DNA of 64,000 bases from the NCBI GenBank assembly GCA_945862145.1, contig CAMAXE010000003.1, positions 164,139 to 228,138 on the forward strand. Direction: 5' to 3'. The DNA is from Klebsiella pneumoniae. Its GTDB lineage: Bacteria; Pseudomonadota; Gammaproteobacteria; Pseudomonadales; UBA5518. The translations under genes were made by a program, and so were the position numbers. Shown one piece after another: positions 36,575 through 44,927 of this stretch. Numbering within the stretch: the stretch's first letter is position 1; the number at the start of each line of letters is the position of its first letter. The notes beneath the pieces are model-generated. The model saw only the letters and a program-made list of their open reading frames with translations, had not been told where the DNA came from and did no database searches.

Positions 36575-37390
36575 TCACTTGCCCTGGTACTTCGGCGGAC
36601 GCTTGTCGCGGAAGGCGTTGATCGCTTCCTCGGCGTCCTCGGTGTACAGCGTGGCCGACTGCAGCTTCAGCGTGAGCGGGAGCACCAGGTTCGACACGAA
36701 CTTGATGTACTTGTTGATCCCGATTTTTGACGCGGATATCGCAACGCCCGGACCGCTGGCTAGCCGATCGGCGAGAGCCATGGCCGTCTTCATGAGCTGG
36801 TCGTCATCGACTACGAAGTTCACCAGGCCGAGCTGTTCTGCCTTCTCGGCGGTGATTACGTCGCCGGTCATCATGTAGTACTTCGCGCGGTTGATGCCCA
36901 TCAGCAGTGGCCAGTAGACCTGCCCGCCGTCGCCGGCGCCCATGGCAACCTTCACGTGCGTGTCCCCCATCGTTGCGCTGCGCCCCGCAATGATCACGTC
37001 GCCGAGCAGGGCGATGGTCAGTCCCAGGCCCATGGCGGGGCCGTTCATCGCGGTGATGATCGGCTTCTCGCAGTCGAGGAAGTCATCGACCAACTGGCGC
37101 GCCTCGCGCCAGATGCGCGGTCCGGAGAAGCGCGGGCGCCCCGGGCTGAAGTCGCCGCCTGCGCAAAAGGCGCGTCCAGCGCCCGTAAGCACCAGCACCT
37201 TGACGTCCGGGTCTTCCTCCATATCGCGGGCAAGGGCGGTGACCTCGAGATGCATGTTGGGATCGATAGCGTTCAGCTTGTGAGGTTGGTTGAGCGTTGC
37301 AACGGCCACCCCGTTGGGATGCTTCTCGATCAGGATCTGGTCGTAGTTTTCCTGCTTGAGTTCGTGCTCGTAGAAGGCGTTCTTGGGCAT
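36575..37390 (-). CDS. Crotonase-fold protein, paralog D (271 aa)
   Basis: MPKNAFYEHELKQENY.., GLGLT and GDTHV. First gene of the minus-strand operon. Confidence 0.88.
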   Translation of the reverse strand: MPKNAFYEHELKQENYDQILIEKHPNGVAVATLNQPHKLNAIDPNMHLEVTALARDMEEDPDVKVLVLTGAGRAFCAGGDFSPGRPRFSGPRIWREARQLVDDFLDCEKPIITAMNGPAMGLGLTIALLGDVIIAGRSATMGDTHVKVAMGAGDGGQVYWPLLMGINRAKYYMMTGDVITAEKAEQLGLVNFVVDDDQLMKTAMALADRLASGPGVAISASKIGINKYIKFVSNLVLPLTLKLQSATLYTEDAEEAINAFRDKRPPKYQGK

Positions 37391-37962
37391 GGTCGAGAGT
37401 ATCCCGTTCTGGATTGTCGGCCTTCTCCGCGGCGGAGCTACGGCTGGGCTTCCGCTAATCTGAACCTACGGCGTAGATCAGAGAGTTGGTGATTCAGCGG
37501 TCAATTTGATACAAAAAAGAAATCTGGTCAACTGCCCCGCATGCATAAGTACTTTTAGGTAACCAAAAGTGTGCTCGCTAGACATCATCGCTGCGCAAAC
37601 TCCTGGATGTCTAGTGGTTGGCCCGTTGTGCGATAGTCGCTGGGCGCAGCCTGCGGAGGGTGTCTGTGATGCGCGTTTTGATGCCGTTTGCATGGGTAAG
37701 GCGGTCTGTGCTCAGCTGTGCGCAGGAGGTTGTCGAAAGTATTATTAAAGTATCATACTGAGGGCGTCGCGCCTGTTGCGCTTGCTTGATTCTAATAAAA
37801 TACGTTTAATATATCGAAAATGGGCTTCTCGAGACCCGATGTCTGTGGCCACGTGGCCCAGTCTGATTAGACTTTTGAAAGTGGTCGGTGGCGGTCTAGG
37901 GATGCCCGTCGCAAAGACGGGAAGAGCAAAAGCGTCCATTCAGGATAACGAGGGAGTAACCG
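37391..37962. promoter_or_regulatory. Long low-GC intergenic region (promoter of the minus-strand operon and of the 37963 gene)
   Basis: 572 bp without a convincing ORF. Contains the 9-bp inverted repeat CTAGACATC (37578-37586) / GATGTCTAG (37606-37614) and AT-rich stretches (attattaaagtatcatact, ttctaataaaatacgtttaatatatcg). Confidence 0.45.
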
Positions 37963-38277
37963 ATGGCTATATGGCGAATCCACGAATTCCAGCCCCTCCG
38001 GGACCGTTGGGAGGATTGCATCAAGCGGGCAGTCGAGAACAAGAAGTACTTCGACAGCATTGGTGTCAAATCAAGATGCTTCCGCGCCGAGGATGGCGGG
38101 CCAGCCATCCATATGACGTTCATCACCGAGGTCGAAGACTGGATTCAGCAAGGCAGGATGATGCACAGGTGCGAATCTGATCCGGAGTATGCGCGCATGT
38201 TCGCCGAGGGGCTCGCAGATTCTGTTCACGAGAACTATTCGGCGCGCACCGTGATCGAAGTGCCGCTGATCTACTAG
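37963..38277 (+). CDS. Small hypothetical protein (104 aa)
   Basis: Strong SD (GAGGGAG) 6 nt upstream of the ATG. No family was recognised with confidence; possibly a ferredoxin-like alpha+beta fold. Lower GC than its surroundings. Confidence 0.6.
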   Translation: MAIWRIHEFQPLRDRWEDCIKRAVENKKYFDSIGVKSRCFRAEDGGPAIHMTFITEVEDWIQQGRMMHRCESDPEYARMFAEGLADSVHENYSARTVIEVPLIY

Positions 38278-38348
38278 CCCGATCGGGCCCGCCTCCCTTC
38301 GGAGACGCTGTCGGGGGGGGCGAGGGCGTAAGGTTCGGCCATAAGTCA

Positions 38349-39485
38349 GTGCTTTACCTTGCCTACGGCGCGGCTACGACGCTAGCCCTTCTCGGAAGCT
38401 ACACGCTGCCGGTCATCGTGGGGGCGGTCATGGACGGTCTCGGCTTTGATGCACGGCGAGCGGGGTTGATCGGTGCCGCCGAGGTCTCGGCGATGGCGGT
38501 CGCTTCGTTGCTGGTGGCGCCGCTCGTTGGTTCCATGTCCGTTCGACGCGTCGCGCTGGTTTGCGTGGCTGTCATCGCCACAGTCAATCTGTTGTCGATG
38601 ATTCCTGCCGATTTCTATACTTTACTTGGGTTGCGCCTGATCGTGGGCGTTGCAGCGGGCACTTTGTACGCCACTGTGGTCGCTGCGATTGCTGGCTCTC
38701 CCGATCCGGACCGTCTGTACGCGAGTGTGACTATGGTGGTCACGCTCGTCACTGGCGCGTTGTTCATGCTGCTACCTTGGGCGATCGACTTCGCAGGACA
38801 CCGGGGCGTGTTCTGCATGTTTGCAGCCATTGCCGTCGCCGTCGGACCCTTGGTCCTGCCGCTGCCTCGTGTCACGATCGCGCCCACGCTTGAGCAGTGC
38901 GCTGGGATTAGTGGGGCTGACAGAGCCTCGAGCCTGGTGCTGGCATCCGCTTTGGTGGTGTCCGCGGGCGCGCAAGCGATCTGGATGTACGCTGAGAGAA
39001 TCGGTCGCCATGTCGGGATGTCGATCGAGGCGATTGGGGTCACCCTTGCCGCGGCCACCGAACTCGGAATCCTTGGGCCCTTGCTCGTTGTTTGGCTTGG
39101 GACCCGCTTCGGGCGGACCACGCCACTCGCGATCAGTATGTGTGCGGTCGGTCTGTCTGCTCTCTCGCTTGGTTACGCAGATGCGCGAGGTATCTTCGCG
39201 GCAGCCTTACTCCTGTACAGCGCGTCATACCTGCTGGTTCAACCGTTGCTGCTTGGCGCGGCAGCGGCAGTTGACACGCGGGGGCGCGTCGCGGCAGCGA
39301 CGGGCGGAATGCTGCTGGTTGGTGGAGCCGTTGGTTCCACCGTGGCGGGTGGAGTGCTGGCCGGGGAATCGTTCGTGTTACTTGCCTGGTTGGTCGCCGG
39401 CTGCTGTGCCGTGGCGATGATGCTCATCCTGCCGCTGACGCTGAACCTCGAGCGGAGGGCGCGTTCCGCGCCCTTAGACGTTTAG
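38349..39485 (+). CDS. MFS-type transporter
   Basis: 378 aa and about 12 hydrophobic segments, with Gly/Ala-rich helices. GTG start. Confidence 0.75.
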   Translation: MLYLAYGAATTLALLGSYTLPVIVGAVMDGLGFDARRAGLIGAAEVSAMAVASLLVAPLVGSMSVRRVALVCVAVIATVNLLSMIPADFYTLLGLRLIVGVAAGTLYATVVAAIAGSPDPDRLYASVTMVVTLVTGALFMLLPWAIDFAGHRGVFCMFAAIAVAVGPLVLPLPRVTIAPTLEQCAGISGADRASSLVLASALVVSAGAQAIWMYAERIGRHVGMSIEAIGVTLAAATELGILGPLLVVWLGTRFGRTTPLAISMCAVGLSALSLGYADARGIFAAALLLYSASYLLVQPLLLGAAAAVDTRGRVAAATGGMLLVGGAVGSTVAGGVLAGESFVLLAWLVAGCCAVAMMLILPLTLNLERRARSAPLDV

Positions 39486-39795
39486 AAGTATACGAAAAAT
39501 ACCTTTGCGCAGGACGATTGCAGATTTTTCTTGCGTAACTCGACGCAAATATTTATAACATACTTAAAAGAGGGCAAAATCGGAACTCGAAGATTCCTGC
39601 TTAAGGGTACTGTCTCGGATAGCCGCTTCTGGAACTGGAGTAAAGCGAGCCGAAGATACGGTAAACGGAGAACGAATTCCTGGCCCCAGACCGACACTTG
39701 TGAACGCCGCGGGATGTTCACCCATACGGAGATGCACTGACCCGGTCGAGCGGTAGCGATTTACAACGAGAAGATCATCAAAGAGGAGCATGGGA

Positions 39796-42180
39796 ATGCG
39801 CAAAAACATTGCACTGAACACCTTGGTATTGGCGTTTTCGGCCGGAGGAATATCAGCCCATGTGTCGGCTCAGCCAGGGGGTGCGGTGGCGGCCCCGGTG
39901 GGCATCGAGGAGATCACCGTTCAGGCGCGCAGGCGTGAGGAGAGCGTGCAGGACGTGCCCATCTCGATCGTGGCTTTCGATGCGTCCGAGATCGTCAATA
40001 ACCGCATGGAGAACATGTACACGCTGGCAGACATGGTGCCGAACCTGGAGGTGCGCGGGATCTACCCGAACTCGATGCCGGCCATCTACATGCGTGGTGT
40101 TGGCACCAACGACTACGCCCCGTCGGCATCCAGTGCGGTCGGTCTTTACGTCGACGGCGTCTACCGCTCACTGCTGGCCGGCGCGCTGTTCCAGACCTTC
40201 GATACCGAGCGGGTCGAGGTGCTGAAGGGGCCGCAGGGAACGCTCTATGGCAAGAACACCACGGGCGGGTCGATCAACTTCTTCTCGGTCCTGCCTGGCG
40301 AGGAGTTCGGTGGTCACTTCAAGGCCGGCATCGGGAACTATGACAGCCGTGAGTTCGAGGGTGCGGTTGACATCCCGATCGCCGAGGACCTGACGTCGCG
40401 CGTCTCGTTCGTGCGCCAGCAATCAGACGGCTACATCAAAGACCATTATCCGGGGGGCGCGGACGACTTCATGGGCGATGACAACTGGGCGGCCAGGACG
40501 CTCCTCCGGTACACCCCGGGTGAGGACGTTCGTGTGTTGCTGAAAGTCTACGGCGGTGAAATAGACACCGATTACGCCGCTCCTTCGAGGGGGCTTTTCG
40601 ATCCCGCCACGCTCGACGCCCGGACGTTCTACGCTGAACCGTGCCAGGACGACGTGTTTAGTTTCCGCTGCGCGGACTTTAGCGGCTATGTCGCGCGCGG
40701 CCTGTACGACGTGGAGCAGAACGGGCCCGGCATGGAGGCGGTCGACATGTTTGGAGGCTCCGTCCAGGTCGACTGGGACGTGGAAACTCCCGTGGGAGAC
40801 GTGACGCTGGCGTCGATCACGGGTTATGACAAGGTCGAAAGGGAGACGTTCAACGACTCGGAGGCCGGGCCGTACGTGTTTGCCGACGGCATCGGAAGCG
40901 ACGACAGTTATCAGCTCTCGCAGGAGTTTCGCGCGACGGGCGACAGCGGGCCAATGGTCTGGGTCGTGGGGGCTTATGGCTTTCAATCGGTGGTCAAGGC
41001 CTCGACCGCTTTCCAGTTTCCACCTGATGGCGGGCTGGGCGGGGACTACGGGTGGTGGACCTTGAACGACTCGGACGACCGGATCGAGACGACCAACTAC
41101 GCCTTCTTCGGGGAGAGCACGTACAGCGTGACGGAGCGGTCCCGCATCACGGGTGGGCTTCGCTACAACTGGGAAAAGAAGGAAAGCCGGCAATCTGAGT
41201 ACCGCTACGTCCAATACTCCGACACGCCGGACCTGGGCACGCCACAGGGAACCCCTTGTGGCCCGGACGCGTCCCAGTCCGACCCCGCGAACTGCCCGCC
41301 GGGGCGGCGCGAGTCTGAAAGTTGGTCCGACTGGAGCGGTAACCTGACATTCGACTATGACGTCGCCGATGATGTGATGCTCTTCGCGAGCTACAAGCGC
41401 GGCTTCAAGAGTGGAGGATTCAGCACGCCGTTGACCACCTGCGAGTTCACGTGCTTCGGGAGCTACGCGCCCGGGCCGCCCTGGGACGGTACGCGGGGAG
41501 ACGGCACGATGCTCGACAGCACCTTCGACCCGGAGACCCTCGACTCTTACGAGATCGGCATGAAGTCGATGTGGCTCGACCGGCGCCTGCAGCTCAATGT
41601 CAATGCGTTCTACTATGACTATCAGGACCTGCAGGTTTTTACGCTGATCGCCGCCGGGGGGACGTTCATTCAGGTCACGCAGAATGCGTCGGATGCGGAG
41701 ATCAAGGGGGTCGAGGTCGACTTGCTGACGCTGCCTGTATCCGGGCTGGAGATCCGCGTCGGTGCCGCGTGGCTGGATGCGACCTACGAGGACTACACGG
41801 ACGCGCCGCAAGGCGATCTCTCAGGCAACACGATGGTCAATGCGCCCGAGTATTCGGGGAACGTGTCGGCCTCGTATGAGTTCGACGTCTCGGAAGGCGC
41901 GTTGCGCGCGTTTCTGGGTGCGACCTACACGGACGAGAGCTTCTTCTCGGCGGACAACATCGACCGGCTGAAGGGGAAGTCCGTCTGGGAACTGAACGGG
42001 AACCTGAACTATGTGTTCCCCGACGAACGATTGGCGATCAGTGTCTGGGGCAGGAACCTGACCGACGAGAGGTACGTCTCTCACGGTTTCGATGGGTCGG
42101 GTCTTGGCTACGATCAACTCGTTGCCTCGCAACCCCGAACCTACGGGATCAACTTCACCTACACGTTTGGCGCGGACTAG
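39796..42180 (+). CDS. TonB-dependent outer-membrane receptor
   Basis: Signal peptide. Plug motif IEEITVQARRREESVQDVPISIV and EVLKGPQGTLYGKNTTGG. The barrel ends ..YGINFTYTFGAD. The ATG at 39796 has better SD spacing (GAGGAG, 7 nt) than 39790. Confidence 0.92.
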   Translation: MRKNIALNTLVLAFSAGGISAHVSAQPGGAVAAPVGIEEITVQARRREESVQDVPISIVAFDASEIVNNRMENMYTLADMVPNLEVRGIYPNSMPAIYMRGVGTNDYAPSASSAVGLYVDGVYRSLLAGALFQTFDTERVEVLKGPQGTLYGKNTTGGSINFFSVLPGEEFGGHFKAGIGNYDSREFEGAVDIPIAEDLTSRVSFVRQQSDGYIKDHYPGGADDFMGDDNWAARTLLRYTPGEDVRVLLKVYGGEIDTDYAAPSRGLFDPATLDARTFYAEPCQDDVFSFRCADFSGYVARGLYDVEQNGPGMEAVDMFGGSVQVDWDVETPVGDVTLASITGYDKVERETFNDSEAGPYVFADGIGSDDSYQLSQEFRATGDSGPMVWVVGAYGFQSVVKASTAFQFPPDGGLGGDYGWWTLNDSDDRIETTNYAFFGESTYSVTERSRITGGLRYNWEKKESRQSEYRYVQYSDTPDLGTPQGTPCGPDASQSDPANCPPGRRESESWSDWSGNLTFDYDVADDVMLFASYKRGFKSGGFSTPLTTCEFTCFGSYAPGPPWDGTRGDGTMLDSTFDPETLDSYEIGMKSMWLDRRLQLNVNAFYYDYQDLQVFTLIAAGGTFIQVTQNASDAEIKGVEVDLLTLPVSGLEIRVGAAWLDATYEDYTDAPQGDLSGNTMVNAPEYSGNVSASYEFDVSEGALRAFLGATYTDESFFSADNIDRLKGKSVWELNGNLNYVFPDERLAISVWGRNLTDERYVSHGFDGSGLGYDQLVASQPRTYGINFTYTFGAD

Positions 42181-42272
42181 GCGTGGCGATACCGGCAGGG
42201 GGGGCGTTCCGAGTCACCGGCGTCGCCCCTGATTTCGACGTCCTGAGCGGGAACAGGAAGAGAGAAACTGCT

Positions 42273-42719
42273 ATGAGAGACCGGATGGTTGTGGCGGCCG
42301 TTGCCGTTGCTGTCGGGTGTGCACTGCCGCTGGCAGGCCGTGCTGGTGAGCCGGAGGCGCAGGAGGAGCGGAACGTCTGGTCGGGTGTCTACACGAAGGA
42401 GCAGGCGGACCGCGGTCATGCAATCTACCTGGGGAAATGTGCTCAGTGCCACGCGGAGAGTCTGGCCGGTAATCCGCCGGCTCCCGCGCTGAGGGGCGGC
42501 GGATTTGTCGCACGCTGGAACGGCCAGTCGGCACGCGACATTCACAGCCGCATTCGCAGCACGATGCCTCTGAACGAGCCCGGTACGCTGACACGCCCGG
42601 AAACCTTCGACGTCGTATCCTATCTGTTCCAGTCGAACGGCTTTCCGGCGGGTGCCCGGGAGTTGTCCGGACTGCCGGCCGAACTGCAGCAAATCAAGAT
42701 CACGCCGCAAAAGCAGTGA
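42273..42719 (+). CDS. Mono-haem c-type cytochrome
   Basis: Internal ATG of ORF 42183..42719 (MRDRMVVAAVAVAVGC) with AGGAAGAGAG upstream. CAQCH motif, with Met available downstream (RSTMPLN). Confidence 0.82.
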   Translation: MRDRMVVAAVAVAVGCALPLAGRAGEPEAQEERNVWSGVYTKEQADRGHAIYLGKCAQCHAESLAGNPPAPALRGGGFVARWNGQSARDIHSRIRSTMPLNEPGTLTRPETFDVVSYLFQSNGFPAGARELSGLPAELQQIKITPQKQ

Positions 42720-42729
42720 GGGGAAAGAG

Positions 42730-44802
42730 ATGAGTGCTGGATGCGTTGCACGTATCTTCGATGCCGTCGTGGCGAAAGCGCGACGCGTGCTGTGGGCGGG
42801 ATGCCTGGTGCTGCTCGGCGCGCAGGCGGGCCTGGCCCGTGCTGAATCTGGTCCGGTAGACGGGGAGTGGCATTTCTACGGGAGCGATCTCGGCGGCACC
42901 AAGTACACCGCGCTCGACCAGATCACTCGAGACAACGTCGGCAAGGTGCGCATCCTGTGGCGCAGACCGGGCGTGGCTCCCGCGCTGCTCGAAGAAGAGC
43001 CGGATCTGAATCCGTACGCCAACTTCACCGCGACGCCATTGATGATCGACGGCGTGCTGTATGCGTCGAATGCCATCGGTCTGGTGGAGGCATTCGATCC
43101 TGCCACAGGCAAGACGCTCTGGATCCAGGAGCCGCTGTTCCCGGGCTTTCGCGGGCTGGCGGGATTGAGTACGCGGGGAGTCGCCTACTGGAGCAAGGGC
43201 GCCGAGCGCCGGATCATCTCGGTGCGAGGCAATTACCTGGTCTCCACGGTCGCCGAAACGGGCCGTCTCGATCGCACCTTCGGTGACGGTGGCAAGGTAG
43301 ATCTTACGCGTCCCGGACCTGGCGGGCCGCTTGGGGACGGTGGCACGGCGGGACCGATCGTCGTGGGCGATGTCATTATCGTCGGCGGTGGTCGGGCGGA
43401 CGATGTGTCGGTACGCAAAGGCGTGGCAGCGGAAGACGTGCGCGCTTTCGATGCGCGCAGTGGACGGCCGTTGTGGACCTTCGACGTGTTGCCCCGCAAG
43501 GGCGAGCCTGGTTACGAAACGTGGGAAGACGATTCGGCGAAGCTCGGTGGTGCAATGGGCGCATGGGCGCCGCTGACCGCCGACCCGGAACTCGGTTACG
43601 TCTACCTGCCCACAGGGGCGCCGATGGCCAGCTTTTACGGCGGCCAGCGCCCGGGTGCAAACCTGTACGCCAACAGTCTCGTGTGCCTCAATGCGAAGAC
43701 CGGCAAGAAGGTCTGGCATTACCAACTCGTCCACCACGATCTGTGGGACTACGACCCTGCGTCGCCGCCCGTGCTCGGCAATATCCGGGTGAACGGGAAG
43801 GCCATCAAGGCGGTGATGCAGCCGACCAAGCAGGGTTTCCTGTTCGTGTTCGATCGTGTTACCGGGAAGCCGGTGTGGCCGATCGAGGAGCGTCCGGTGG
43901 CGGCCTCCGCGACGCCCGGTGAGAAGTCATCACCGACCCAGCCGTTCCCTACCAAGCCGGCGCCCTTCGAGCGCCAGGGCATTACGGTGGATGACCTGAT
44001 CGACTTCACGCCGGAACTGCGTGCAGAGGCCCTTGAGATCGTCAAGCCGTACGTGATCGGGCCGCTGTTCACGCCGCCTTCGGTCGCGGTAGACGGCGGG
44101 AAACAGGGCACGATCGTGTTGCCGGGTGCGCTCGGAGGCGCGAGCTGGAACGGCGGTGCCTTCGACCCCGAAACCGGGATGATGTATGTCTACTCGCACA
44201 CGCACCCCCAGGTGAAGGATCTGCACAGGCCGCCTCCGCTGGTCGATTCCCTGACGATGTACGCGCACGGTCCGAAGTCCATGCTCCAGGCGGCTATGGA
44301 GTTCACGGACATCCGTGACGAAAAGCAGTTGATGGCCAATCTGTCCGAGCAGCCCGAGGTGGGCGACGTCTATCAGACCTACGGACCGGATCGCTTGCCG
44401 CTGGTCAAGCCCCCTTACGGGCGCATCACCGCGATCGACCTGAATACCGGCGAACACGTCTGGATGGCTGCCAACGGCGATGGGCCGCGCGATCACCCCC
44501 GATTAAAGGGGCTCAACCTGCCACCGCTCGGTAATCCGGGCCGTCCGGCGCCCCTGCTGACGAAAACGCTGCTCTTCATAGGCGAGGGCTCCTCGATACA
44601 GCCCTCGAATCCGCAAGGCGGCGGCGGGAACACGTTCCGTGCCTACGACAAGGCGACGGGCAAGGTTGTGTGGGAAACGGAATTGCCCGCGGGCACCACT
44701 GGCGCGCCGATGAGCTACCTGCACCAGGGCAAGCAGTACATTCTCGTGGCCGTCGGCGCCAAGGATCATCCGGCCGAGTGGGTCGCGCTCGGGTTGCCCT
44801 GA
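42730..44802 (+). CDS. PQQ-dependent (quinoprotein) dehydrogenase, 8-bladed propeller type
   Basis: Internal ATG of ORF 42652..44802. Signal peptide. Repeated W-motif propeller blades (GxxxWxx..). No CxxCH and no vicinal Cys-Cys. Paralog of the fragment at 1..228. Confidence 0.88.
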   Translation: MSAGCVARIFDAVVAKARRVLWAGCLVLLGAQAGLARAESGPVDGEWHFYGSDLGGTKYTALDQITRDNVGKVRILWRRPGVAPALLEEEPDLNPYANFTATPLMIDGVLYASNAIGLVEAFDPATGKTLWIQEPLFPGFRGLAGLSTRGVAYWSKGAERRIISVRGNYLVSTVAETGRLDRTFGDGGKVDLTRPGPGGPLGDGGTAGPIVVGDVIIVGGGRADDVSVRKGVAAEDVRAFDARSGRPLWTFDVLPRKGEPGYETWEDDSAKLGGAMGAWAPLTADPELGYVYLPTGAPMASFYGGQRPGANLYANSLVCLNAKTGKKVWHYQLVHHDLWDYDPASPPVLGNIRVNGKAIKAVMQPTKQGFLFVFDRVTGKPVWPIEERPVAASATPGEKSSPTQPFPTKPAPFERQGITVDDLIDFTPELRAEALEIVKPYVIGPLFTPPSVAVDGGKQGTIVLPGALGGASWNGGAFDPETGMMYVYSHTHPQVKDLHRPPPLVDSLTMYAHGPKSMLQAAMEFTDIRDEKQLMANLSEQPEVGDVYQTYGPDRLPLVKPPYGRITAIDLNTGEHVWMAANGDGPRDHPRLKGLNLPPLGNPGRPAPLLTKTLLFIGEGSSIQPSNPQGGGGNTFRAYDKATGKVVWETELPAGTTGAPMSYLHQGKQYILVAVGAKDHPAEWVALGLP

Positions 44803-44927
44803 GCGCGCGTCGCGGCGAGCCGTCGTCGATCGTGGCGCGAGCCGACTGTGTGGCCACGGCCCGGGGTTTCCCGGGGGTCTTCCGCGCGGTTGTGGTCGTC
44901 TGAATATTCGTCAAGTAGCCCGGAGAG

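Larger units (their letters stand above)
33895..37390 (-). repeat. Four-unit head-to-tail tandem gene array (unit ~876-922 bp)
   Basis: Start-to-start spacings are 922, 876 and 882 bp. The four encoded proteins are colinear over their full length, and the spacers are 60-85 bp. Confidence 0.9.

Noticed and set aside
39486-39789. A possible riboswitch (cobalamin, TPP or similar) in the ~300-nt leader of the TonB-dependent receptor
   Set aside because: I could not find a B12 box, a TPP CUGAGA core or another diagnostic motif by eye. Only a GTGAAC-N10-GTTCAC inverted repeat is present. An Infernal/Rfam scan would be needed to settle it.
40423-41811. A 462-aa minus-strand ORF inside the TonB-dependent receptor gene
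   Set aside because: It is antisense to a receptor with clear plug and barrel motifs, and no independent evidence supports it.
44860-44876. A CCCGGGG-ttt-CCCGGGG hairpin after the PQQ dehydrogenase gene as a terminator
   Set aside because: The stem is short and there is no U-tract. It is plausible, but too weak to list as a feature.
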